A DNA stretch of 64,000 bases, from the NCBI GenBank assembly GCA_040377305.1, contig JBEIPA010000022.1, positions 1 to 64,000 of the forward strand, read 5' to 3'. The notes beneath the pieces were generated by a model, which had not been told where the DNA came from, did no database searches, and was given only the letters and a program-made list of their open reading frames with translations. The translations under genes and the position numbers were made by a program. Source of the stretch: Flavobacteriales bacterium (GTDB lineage Bacteria > Bacteroidota > Bacteroidia > Palsa-965). Shown in pieces: positions 19,497 through 27,774 of this stretch (positions within the stretch are counted from its first letter, which is position 1; each line of letters begins with the position of its first letter).

Positions 19497-19640
19497 CAAC
19501 ACAATTCTCTAATGCCGCTAGCGATAGCGGCATTTTTTATTTGTTCGGACGGAGTCCGAACTTGTTCGAGCGAACGTTCGAGCAAATAAAAAATGAGAGC
19601 CTGCTTTTTCGCAGACGGCGGCATTAGAGAATTGTGTTGC
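19496..19640. repeat. 145-bp nested inverted-repeat element abutting the tRNA 3' end
   Basis: 23-bp perfect IR 19496-19518 / 19618-19640; inner CATTTTTTATTTG / CAAATAAAAAATG. Confidence 0.8.
19511..19540 (+). terminator. Intrinsic terminator after tRNA-Ser
   Basis: AATGCCGCTA-GCGA-TAGCGGCATT hairpin followed by a T tract. Confidence 0.75.
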
Positions 19641-19735
19641 AGGACCACCATCCGGGATCAACGCAGTTAATCCCTCTTACCTTGAACCTGGAACCTGAAA
19701 CTGGGAACCTAGAACTGGGAACCGTATATTTGATC

Positions 19736-20500
19736 ATGCGTATCACATTCCTCGGCACCGGTACTTCAATGGGCGTTCCTGTTATCGGATGCGGCTGTGA
19801 AGTGTGTACGTCGACAGATCCACAAGACAATCGCTTACGTTGTTCTGTTCTCGTTGAACACAACAACCGGAAAATTGTAATCGACACCGGACCCGATTTT
19901 CGCCAGCAGATTCTTCGCGTAGGAGTGAAGCATCTCGACGCTGTTGTGTTTACACACGAGCACAAAGATCACATGGCCGGACTGGATGAAGTCCGTGCCT
20001 TCAATTTCTTCAACCAGGGCAAAGAAGTTCCCGTGTATGCAACTGAACATGTGCAACGCGCAATTCGCAGAGAGTACGCGTACATTTTCGAAACGCCTGC
20101 TTATCCCGGGATTCCGAAAATCGATATTCGCACCATAGACGTTGCACCATTCAACGCAGAAGGAATCGAGCTGATACCGATCAAAGTATATCACCACTTA
20201 CTTCCCGTTCTCGGTTTTCGAATGGGTGGATTCGTTTACATCACCGATGCGAATCGAATTGACGAAGAAGAAAGAAAAAAAGTCCGCGGCTGCGATGTAC
20301 TCGTGTTAAACGCATTGCGTCGCGAGCCGCACATTTCTCATTTCACACTGCAGGAAGCAATCGATCTGGTTGCCGATCTCAAACCGAAGCAAGCGTACTT
20401 CACGCACATCAGTCACCAGATGGGAAAACACGAAGATGTGGAAGCTGAGTTGCCGGAGAATATCCGGGTTGCGTATGATGGAATGCAAGTAAATCTTTAA
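19736..20500 (+). CDS. MBL-fold metallo-hydrolase (PhnP-like phosphodiesterase family)
   Basis: FLGTGTSMGVP.IGC.C..C, IDTGPDFRQQ, THEHKDH, YITDA and THISH motifs; ATG 19736. Confidence 0.93.
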   Translation: MRITFLGTGTSMGVPVIGCGCEVCTSTDPQDNRLRCSVLVEHNNRKIVIDTGPDFRQQILRVGVKHLDAVVFTHEHKDHMAGLDEVRAFNFFNQGKEVPVYATEHVQRAIRREYAYIFETPAYPGIPKIDIRTIDVAPFNAEGIELIPIKVYHHLLPVLGFRMGGFVYITDANRIDEEERKKVRGCDVLVLNALRREPHISHFTLQEAIDLVADLKPKQAYFTHISHQMGKHEDVEAELPENIRVAYDGMQVNL

Positions 20501-20515
20501 TTAATCCATATAAAA

Positions 20516-23500
20516 GTGAAGAGGATGTTAAGACAGTTTTTTTTGGTTATAACGGCAATTGTCATTGGTTCAGTTCAAATGAATGCGCAAGCACAGTTTT
20601 GGGGAACTACTTCGAAAGGCGGGGAGTACGGTGCCGGAACAATATTCAGAACGGATGGGACAGGAAACAATCCTGTCGTGTCGCATTCGTTTTTCCAGAT
20701 CGAAGGTCATCAGCCTCATTATGCTAAACTGTTAGAAGGTACAGATGGAAAGTTGTACGGCGTCACCAACTACAAAGGGAAATTTGATTTGGGTGTACTC
20801 TATCAGTATGATCCCGTAACCGGGGTATATGTAAACAAATTTGACTTCGACGGTGTGTTGAACGGGGCTCATCCTCAAGGTTCGTTGATGCAGGCTACGG
20901 ATGGTTTAATTTATGGTATGACTTGGGGCGGCGGAAGTTTTGGATTAGGCGTCCTTTTTCGTTTTGACCCTGTAACCGGAATCTTCACAAAACTTATTGA
21001 TTTCAGTGGAACGGCAAATGGTGCAAATCCAAGAGGCCACTTGCTACAGGCTTCCGATGGAATGATGTATGGCGTAACTCAGGGTGGGGGGACAGTAGGC
21101 GCAGGCGTTCTGTTCAGATTTAATCCAGTTACCGCAGTATTGACTGTCCAAACGAATTTTATGGGAATTTCAAATGGATCTCAACCACTCAGCGGATTGA
21201 TTCAGGCTCTCGATGGAATGTTATACGGTGTTACATGCAACGGAGGCACCTACAACGACGGAGTGCTTTTTCAGTTTAATCCCGTTACCAGCGTGTATTT
21301 TAAGATGAGAGATTTTGCGGCACCAAGTCATGGAGAGGCACCCCAGGCTACGTTGGTACAGCTGCCCAATGGAAGGTTTTACGGAACGGCAACAACGGGT
21401 GGCGGATTGGGCTCAGGTTGTATCTATGAATTTAGTCTTGTAGATTCTTCTATCACTATCAGGGCAAACTTCACGAGCGGGTTGAACGGAAGTGGTCCTA
21501 AAACAGCTTTGCTTTTAGCAAGCGATGGTATGATGTATGGAACTGCCGTTTCGGGAGGCTTAGGGGCACAGGGAACACTCTTCCGTTTTGACCCGACGAC
21601 ATTTGCACTTACAAACTTGAGGAACTTCACTACCGGTGCATCGGGTTGCGGACCGTATGGATACTTGATGCAGGCAACAAATGGATTGTTGTATGGACTC
21701 ACAGTCGATGGAGGAAGCGTACTCAATCATAATGGAGTGATGTATTCTTATAATATCTCAACTTCGACGTACACCAAAATCCTGGATTTCGGCCAGGCTC
21801 CCACCGGCAATTCTCCGGAGCGTGGATTGATGACAGCGTCGAACGGAAAATTTTATGGAATGGCGCGACTTGGCGGAAGGTTCTATAATCACGGTGTAAT
21901 TTATGAGTACGATGCAGCCACAAATGTATTTGATACCATCAAAAATTTTGACGATGTGCTTTCGGGCAGGGATCCCCAAGGTCTGCTAACAGAATCGTAC
22001 GACGGATTTTTGTACGGTGTAACGCGACAAGGAGGTGTAAATAGTTTTGGTGTTTTGTTTCAGATTGATCCGGTAACGCACGCATTCGTCAAGAAACACG
22101 ACTTTTCAGCTTCAACGGGCATTGCACCTTCTGGTTCTCTTGTAGTAGGTGCGGATAACTTGCTTTACGGTGTTGCGGGATCCGGAGGTGCAAACAATCA
22201 AGGGGCTCTTTTCCGTTATGATCCGGCTACTTCAGTTTATTCGCTTATATACAGTTTCAGTACTGCAGTATCAGGCCGCGACCCTTTGGGTTCATTGTGT
22301 CTCGCACCAGACGGATTTTTTTATGGAGCAACCAATGGCGGTGGGGCCAATGGCCTCGGAACAATTTACCGCTTCAATCCGATAACACTTGCGCTTACAG
22401 TAGTGTACCATTTCTCTACCGGTTCAGGTGGATATGGGGAAGTAGATCATTTGATCCCATCCCAAAATGGGAAAATGTACGGAATGACTAATTCGGGCGG
22501 ACTGAACAACATGGGTGTCATTTTTAGTTTTAATCCTGTAACGCTTACCTACACTCCGGAATTCCATTTTGACGGCGTTGCTCATGGTGCTTATCCTAAT
22601 GGAAGTTTAATGGAAGCTTCGGACAACAATCTTTACGGAATGACCGCGCGCGGAGGAACCTTGGACTACGGAACGATGTTCAGGTTTGACCCTGTGTCCG
22701 GAATCTGCACGAGATTAACTGACTTCACTGGTCTTAACGGACAATCACCCCGGTTCTCTTCGCTGCTGGAGGCTCCGGTTAATATTCAGTTGAGTGTTAG
22801 TGATACATTTTATTGTCCGGGCGATACATTCACTATTGGTTATACATTATCCGGCGCATTTAATAGTGGTAACGTCTTCACGGCGCAGTTATCGGATGGC
22901 AACGGTTCGTTCTTCCAACCAATTACAATCGGAGCAATCACATCCTCTGTTCCCGGAAGCCTCTTGTGTACGTTGCCTGCGAATAGCCTGCACGGAACGG
23001 GTTATCGAATCCGGATTTCATCGTCGACACCTTTACTGAGTGGTGCCGATAACGGATTTGATCTTACCATTTCAAATCCGTTGACAGTAACGGTATCTGA
23101 TTCAGTAATTTGTTTAGGCGATACTGCCGGAATATTTGCTTCGGGAATGGATAGCTACTCCTGGTTACCCATAGCATCAACTTCAGATTCGGTGTTCGTT
23201 ATGCCGTCAGTTTACACGCAATACACTTTAACTGCGACGGATTCTTCAACGGGATGCGTATTGCACGATACTGTTGGTATTGTAGTCAATCAGCTGCCTA
23301 ATGTTATGGTAGCTGCTAACGACACCACGTTATGTATTTATGACAGCGTGCTTCTGGTTGGGTCAGGAGCAGACACTTATTTGTGGCCCGCATTTTCTTT
23401 TTCAGGCGATTCGCTGGTGGATGCGCCTGTTGTTACAACAGTTTATCTGCTTCTGGGCACAGATACCAACGGTTGCGTCGATTCTGCGCAGATCTCGGTA

Positions 23501-24988
23501 CAGATTCTATCACTTCCGGTGATCAATGTTTCTGCTAGTGACACTTCGCTTTGCCAGGGCCAATCTGTAACTCTCTTTGCATCCGGTGGTCACGACTATT
23601 CTTGGTTACCAGGGAATGACACAACAACGCAAGTGACCGATACATTGTTAACGACTGTGACTTATTCAGTGAGTGGGTCTGATACCATCACGGGTTGTAG
23701 TAGTCTGTCGGTGCTTACAATCGTAGTTTTCAGTATTCCACAGCTAAGCGCAACAATTGATAATGTTGCAGGATGCAACCAGTCTAATGGCAGTCTGACC
23801 GGTGCTGTAATTAACGGAACACCTCCTTATTCAACTGAATGGACTCCAGGTAACGTTACAACGTTGAACTATTCAGGAATCGCTTTTGGAAGTTACGTTT
23901 TGGTAGTGAATGATTCTGTTGGCTGTACAGATACACTTACGATTGCATTAGGGGATTCCTGTGCATTTGTCTGGCCGGGTGATGCGAATGAAGACGGGAC
24001 TGCAGACAATCTCGATATTCTTGCCATTGGAATTGCGAACGATTCAACAGGTGTTGCGCGCGTGAATCCAACCACAGTTTGGATTGGACAAGATGCTATT
24101 GACTGGAATCAGAATTTCGCTTCTGGTGTTAATTTCAAATATGCCGATTGTGATGGAAACGGATTGGTAGAACCTGCCGACACAACTGCGGTTATTCTTA
24201 ATTATGGTCTTACGCACATCATGCGAAGTAGTAATCCAGCGTGGCAGGTGAGCGCACCGGAACTTTCTGTAGTGATTTCTGATGATACAATCGGTTCCGG
24301 AATGGCAGCATTTATGGACATATACCTGGGATCTGCGTCGACAGTCAGCGATAGCACGTACGGTGTGGCATTCACGATCAACTTCGATCCATATCTTATT
24401 GATCAAACTTCACTGAATATCGACATGTCGGGTTCATGGATAGATTCACAAGGCAACATGATTGGTGTCCTACTTAATTCAACGCAGTTTCCCGGAACTG
24501 CACAGATCGGAATTACGCGACTGAATCACACAGATACTTCTGGCTATGGATTTCTATGTAGGATTTATTTCGAAACCACGGATTCATTAACAGGCACGGG
24601 GACAAGTGCACTTTCGTTTATCAGCCTGAGCAATCCAGTATTGCAGAGTAGTTCTCAGATTTTGCTGCCGGTTAATGCGGCACTTGATTCGATGTTTATT
24701 ATCGATAGCTTAGTCTATGTTGGTGTTCCTGAAACGAACTTGCCCTCAGTAAACATCTATCCTAACCCTACATCTGGAGAATCATTCGTGGTTTTCCCTT
24801 CGGAATACAATGGACAGCAGCTACAGCTCAAGATATATGATCCTTCAGGTCGGGTTGTATTTGCGAATTCAGTGATTGCTGGTCAATCCAACGTGCTTTT
24901 CGCTGATGGATTTGCTTCAGGTATTTATCTCGTAGAAGCTGTTTTTTCAGACAATACACGGGCAGTTGTGCGATGGATCATCGAATAA
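20516..24988 (+). CDS. Large T9SS cargo: ~14 Gloeo/Verruco-type tandem repeats, Ig-like stalk, dockerin-like and cohesin-like modules, type A CTD
   Basis: Repeated G..P...L....DG.LYG.T..GG...G.LF.FDP units of ~52 aa; WPGDANEDG...YADCDGNG EF-hand-like pair; IYPNPTSG...GIYLVE CTD. Confidence 0.85.
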   Translation: MKRMLRQFFLVITAIVIGSVQMNAQAQFWGTTSKGGEYGAGTIFRTDGTGNNPVVSHSFFQIEGHQPHYAKLLEGTDGKLYGVTNYKGKFDLGVLYQYDPVTGVYVNKFDFDGVLNGAHPQGSLMQATDGLIYGMTWGGGSFGLGVLFRFDPVTGIFTKLIDFSGTANGANPRGHLLQASDGMMYGVTQGGGTVGAGVLFRFNPVTAVLTVQTNFMGISNGSQPLSGLIQALDGMLYGVTCNGGTYNDGVLFQFNPVTSVYFKMRDFAAPSHGEAPQATLVQLPNGRFYGTATTGGGLGSGCIYEFSLVDSSITIRANFTSGLNGSGPKTALLLASDGMMYGTAVSGGLGAQGTLFRFDPTTFALTNLRNFTTGASGCGPYGYLMQATNGLLYGLTVDGGSVLNHNGVMYSYNISTSTYTKILDFGQAPTGNSPERGLMTASNGKFYGMARLGGRFYNHGVIYEYDAATNVFDTIKNFDDVLSGRDPQGLLTESYDGFLYGVTRQGGVNSFGVLFQIDPVTHAFVKKHDFSASTGIAPSGSLVVGADNLLYGVAGSGGANNQGALFRYDPATSVYSLIYSFSTAVSGRDPLGSLCLAPDGFFYGATNGGGANGLGTIYRFNPITLALTVVYHFSTGSGGYGEVDHLIPSQNGKMYGMTNSGGLNNMGVIFSFNPVTLTYTPEFHFDGVAHGAYPNGSLMEASDNNLYGMTARGGTLDYGTMFRFDPVSGICTRLTDFTGLNGQSPRFSSLLEAPVNIQLSVSDTFYCPGDTFTIGYTLSGAFNSGNVFTAQLSDGNGSFFQPITIGAITSSVPGSLLCTLPANSLHGTGYRIRISSSTPLLSGADNGFDLTISNPLTVTVSDSVICLGDTAGIFASGMDSYSWLPIASTSDSVFVMPSVYTQYTLTATDSSTGCVLHDTVGIVVNQLPNVMVAANDTTLCIYDSVLLVGSGADTYLWPAFSFSGDSLVDAPVVTTVYLLLGTDTNGCVDSAQISVQILSLPVINVSASDTSLCQGQSVTLFASGGHDYSWLPGNDTTTQVTDTLLTTVTYSVSGSDTITGCSSLSVLTIVVFSIPQLSATIDNVAGCNQSNGSLTGAVINGTPPYSTEWTPGNVTTLNYSGIAFGSYVLVVNDSVGCTDTLTIALGDSCAFVWPGDANEDGTADNLDILAIGIANDSTGVARVNPTTVWIGQDAIDWNQNFASGVNFKYADCDGNGLVEPADTTAVILNYGLTHIMRSSNPAWQVSAPELSVVISDDTIGSGMAAFMDIYLGSASTVSDSTYGVAFTINFDPYLIDQTSLNIDMSGSWIDSQGNMIGVLLNSTQFPGTAQIGITRLNHTDTSGYGFLCRIYFETTDSLTGTGTSALSFISLSNPVLQSSSQILLPVNAALDSMFIIDSLVYVGVPETNLPSVNIYPNPTSGESFVVFPSEYNGQQLQLKIYDPSGRVVFANSVIAGQSNVLFADGFASGIYLVEAVFSDNTRAVVRWIIE

Positions 24989-25005
24989 CAATAGTAGAAG
25001 TAAAG

Positions 25006-25266
25006 CACCGATGCGAATCGAATTGACGAGGAAGAAAGAAAAAAGTTCGCGGCTGCGATGTACTCGTGTTAAACGCATTGCGCCGCGAGCCTCACATTTC
25101 TCATTTCACACTGCAGGAAGCAATCGATCTTGTGGCCGATCTCAAACCGAAGCAAGCGTACTTCACGCACATCAGTCACCAGATGGGAAAACATGCCGAC
25201 GTTTCAAAAGAACTTCCTTCCAATATTTTCCTTGCACACGATGGATTAACCATTGAAGTGAACTGA
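25006..25266 (+). pseudogene. Second copy of the 3' third of the MBL hydrolase gene
   Basis: 25006-25193 aligns to 20242-20430 with six substitutions and a 1-bp deletion in an A tract, then continues to an alternative C-terminus; no 5' part. Confidence 0.92.
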
Positions 25267-25286
25267 AAACTGAAAATCAGAAGGTG

Positions 25287-25667
25287 TTAAAGTACCTTGG
25301 ACAGAAATTCGTTCAGTTCATGACGGATTGCATTGAAATTCGTCTCGAAAGAGTTCATCGATTCGCGCATCTTAGGATGATCATTCACCTTACGAACGCC
25401 TGCTGAAACCGGATTTTCTTCTACGCGGTTTTGCAGGTAATTGTCATGGTCTTTTACCGTGTGGCGTAATTCGTCAATGTTGTTCTTCTGAACAATCATT
25501 GAATTCTGAAAATGCTCTACCTGTGCAAGAGTTTCCTTTGCTGTGTTTTTTGATGCAACATCTGCAATCCTCTTATTCATGATGTTAATTTCATCCGCAT
25601 AAAAGTCAAGTCGCTTCTGCCAATCGGTATGTTCTGCGTGCAATTCGTCGATAGTCTTGGTGTCCAT
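25287..25667 (-). CDS. Hypothetical all-helical protein, 126 aa
   Basis: Clean ORF with amphipathic helices and several His residues. Confidence 0.75.
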   Translation of the reverse strand: MDTKTIDELHAEHTDWQKRLDFYADEINIMNKRIADVASKNTAKETLAQVEHFQNSMIVQKNNIDELRHTVKDHDNYLQNRVEENPVSAGVRKVNDHPKMRESMNSFETNFNAIRHELNEFLSKVL

Positions 25668-25779
25668 AGTACCTTTTTTGATTTGTTTATAGTGCTAAAG
25701 TGCAGACAATGTCGCACGACGAACATGACGGAAATCCTGACTAATCCTGATTCTTGTCACAAGCCGGAAATGTTGGGGC

Positions 25780-25810
25780 AAAAAAAATCCCCTCGCAAAG
25801 CGAAGGGATT
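25780..25810 (-). terminator. Intrinsic terminator after ssb
   Basis: ATCCC-CTCGC...GCGAAGGGAT stem with an A8 tract on + (U tract on -). Confidence 0.7.
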
Positions 25811-25837
25811 CCAAAACCATGACACTTGACTACGTTT

Positions 25838-26170
25838 CTAAGCGGCTTCGTCCATCAGCACAATGTCGTTCACCACGATTTCTGTGTTGGTGCGTTTCTG
25901 TCCGAGTTTGTCAACCCATGAACGCTGCATGAGTCGTCCGCTTACACCTACTTTTCTTCCTTTCTGAAGATATTGTTCAACCACGTCCGCTTGTTTTTCC
26001 CACGCAACCATGTTAAACCAGTGCACGTTGCTTTGTTTTTGTCCTTCCATGCTGGTTGTGTACGAAACGTGAGCGAGTGAGAACCGCGCTACTTTCTTTC
26101 CTGTTGTTGTTGCTTTTACTTCCGGATTCATTCCGAGTTTCCCGATGATCTGTACGTTGTTCGCTTGCAT
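25838..26170 (-). CDS. ssb: Single-stranded DNA-binding protein (short, no long acidic tail)
   Basis: NNVQIIGKLGMNPE, VARFSLA, HWFNMVAWEKQA and LQKGRKVGVSGRL OB-fold motifs. Confidence 0.92.
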   Translation of the reverse strand: MQANNVQIIGKLGMNPEVKATTTGKKVARFSLAHVSYTTSMEGQKQSNVHWFNMVAWEKQADVVEQYLQKGRKVGVSGRLMQRSWVDKLGQKRTNTEIVVNDIVLMDEAA

Positions 26171-26293
26171 CTTGATAAATTTTAAAATGGTTTAAAAATG
26201 AAATTGTTACTGTCGCAGCCTTCCTGCCCGCCGTTTGGCATTCAGGCGGGGTTGACTTGAACGACGGTGCAAAGATGTGGCGGAAGATTCGAG

Positions 26294-26354
26294 CTAGTCG
26301 GGTGTTAAACGTTTGTAGTCGGATGTAAATGTTTGTAAACGTTTGTAAACGGAT
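26294..26354 (-). promoter_or_regulatory. 10-bp-period direct-repeat array upstream of ssb
   Basis: Minus strand TCCGTTTACA AACGTTTACA AACATTTACA TCCGACTACA AACGTTTAAC ACCCGACTAG, just upstream of a CATCTTTG -7-like box. Confidence 0.6.
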
Positions 26355-26461
26355 ATAGTGCTGAAATACAGTGTTATATGGACTATTAGTAATTTCTTCA
26401 AAATTTGAATAATCACCTTTTACTGAGTTTCTCTGCGCAAAATGTCGGCCGGAATCCGCAA

Positions 26462-26574
26462 AAAAACACCCTGCAGGAGTTAAACGCTTGCAGGGTTAAG
26501 TAAGAAAAACACCCTGCAGGAGTTAAACGCTTGCAGGGTTAAGTGAGAAAAACACCCTGCAGGAGTTAAACGCT
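26462..26574. repeat. Tandem 43-bp REP-like units (2.6 copies)
   Basis: AAAAACACCCTGCAGGAGTTAAACGCTTGCAGGGTTAAGTRAG at 26462, 26505 and 26548 (truncated); each unit is a hairpin. Confidence 0.9.
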
Positions 26575-26595
26575 GGGTTATAAAATCCTGTTGCA

Positions 26596-27219
26596 TTACT
26601 CCGTCTTAAACGCTCCGCTCAATCGCACAATACCAATCTGTCCATTCCCCGGCTTCTCAACCGCAAGATTAAACGATCCGCATGCCTGATCACCTTCGAT
26701 ATAGTCAAGCTTCACCGAACCTTGCTCATCCATTCCTAGTACCCAGTTGAAGTAAACTTTACCTTTTGAAGTGGTCATAGTAGTGAATGAACTGTAGTCC
26801 ATATCACTCGCGCTGTGCTTGTACGTTGCAGGTTCAACTTTTTTTCCGTGACGGGCATAAAGCTCAATTACAAGATCAACCTGGTCGTCTTTGCGATCGC
26901 CTACTAATTCGTCAGAAGCATAATTCTTGAGTGTGATTATTGCATTCGAATCGTTTGTCCACTCAATGTTCGATTGCTTTACCACAAAGTTTCCGGTTTC
27001 GAATGCGTAGTCGCCCGACATTCCATACTCGTAATCTTTAATGGTAACCGCCACATTCGAACTTCCGGTACACACATCAACGTAAGCCGATTTAGGTTCT
27101 TCGTTCACGACAACTGTGTCGCCTTTTGCGGAATCGTTATCATTCGATTCTCCATCACCACAAGATGAAATTGTAAATGCTGCTGCAAACAGAGCAGGCA
27201 AGAGGATGTATTTTTTCAT
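26596..27219 (-). CDS. Lipoprotein of unknown function
   Basis: Lipobox TISS-C followed by acidic GDGESNDND. Confidence 0.75.
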   Translation of the reverse strand: MKKYILLPALFAAAFTISSCGDGESNDNDSAKGDTVVVNEEPKSAYVDVCTGSSNVAVTIKDYEYGMSGDYAFETGNFVVKQSNIEWTNDSNAIITLKNYASDELVGDRKDDQVDLVIELYARHGKKVEPATYKHSASDMDYSSFTTMTTSKGKVYFNWVLGMDEQGSVKLDYIEGDQACGSFNLAVEKPGNGQIGIVRLSGAFKTE

Positions 27220-27288
27220 AGGTCCGTTTTAGTTTCGCGAAAGCTACCCATAAACACCGGATCACCGTGAAATTCCACAGTGTGGAAA

Positions 27289-27774
27289 CTACTTTTCCAA
27301 CGATAAATTCGATATCAGGCTGTCTAATTCACGATAACTGGTTTCACGCGGAATGAAAACAGACTTGCCACTCTTCGCACTGTAAATCTTCGTCGCCGGA
27401 ATATTTCCCTGCCACAATGAATCCACTTTCGGAATCCACTCGTTGTCGTAAATCTCGTCGAGAAAGTTTACTTCAGAGTGATACTTCTTCTTCTCGAGAA
27501 ACGGAATCAGGCGACCATTAATGTCTTTCTTGAAGTCGGTAGAGACGAGAATCACTTTTACTTTCTTTCCGGCGTAAGCAGAATCAATCTGCTCGAAGTA
27601 TGGAAGCTCAGCCACACAAGGCGCACACCACGTTGCCCAGAAATTGACAACGTAGATAGTGTCGTTACCGGATTTCATACGGGAGTTGAGGTCGTCGATT
27701 TTTACTTGCGGAACTTTCAATGCTAACATCGAACCAACAGCAACAGCAGGAATCAGTAGGGCGAATAATTTCAT
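27289..27774 (-). CDS. TlpA/ResA-like disulfide reductase
   Basis: VVNFWATWCAPCVAELP; signal peptide; 4-bp overlap with the upstream gene. Confidence 0.9.
   Translation of the reverse strand: MKLFALLIPAVAVGSMLALKVPQVKIDDLNSRMKSGNDTIYVVNFWATWCAPCVAELPYFEQIDSAYAGKKVKVILVSTDFKKDINGRLIPFLEKKKYHSEVNFLDEIYDNEWIPKVDSLWQGNIPATKIYSAKSGKSVFIPRETSYRELDSLISNLSLEK

Noticed and set aside
19407-25266. Classical tRNA-integrated genomic island
   Set aside because: I found no direct repeat of the tRNA 3' end and no integrase; the duplication involves the MBL gene instead.
26462-26580. Possible mini CRISPR array
   Set aside because: Units are directly tandem with no unique spacers, no cas genes are nearby, and the same hairpin occurs singly at 42876, so it is REP-like.
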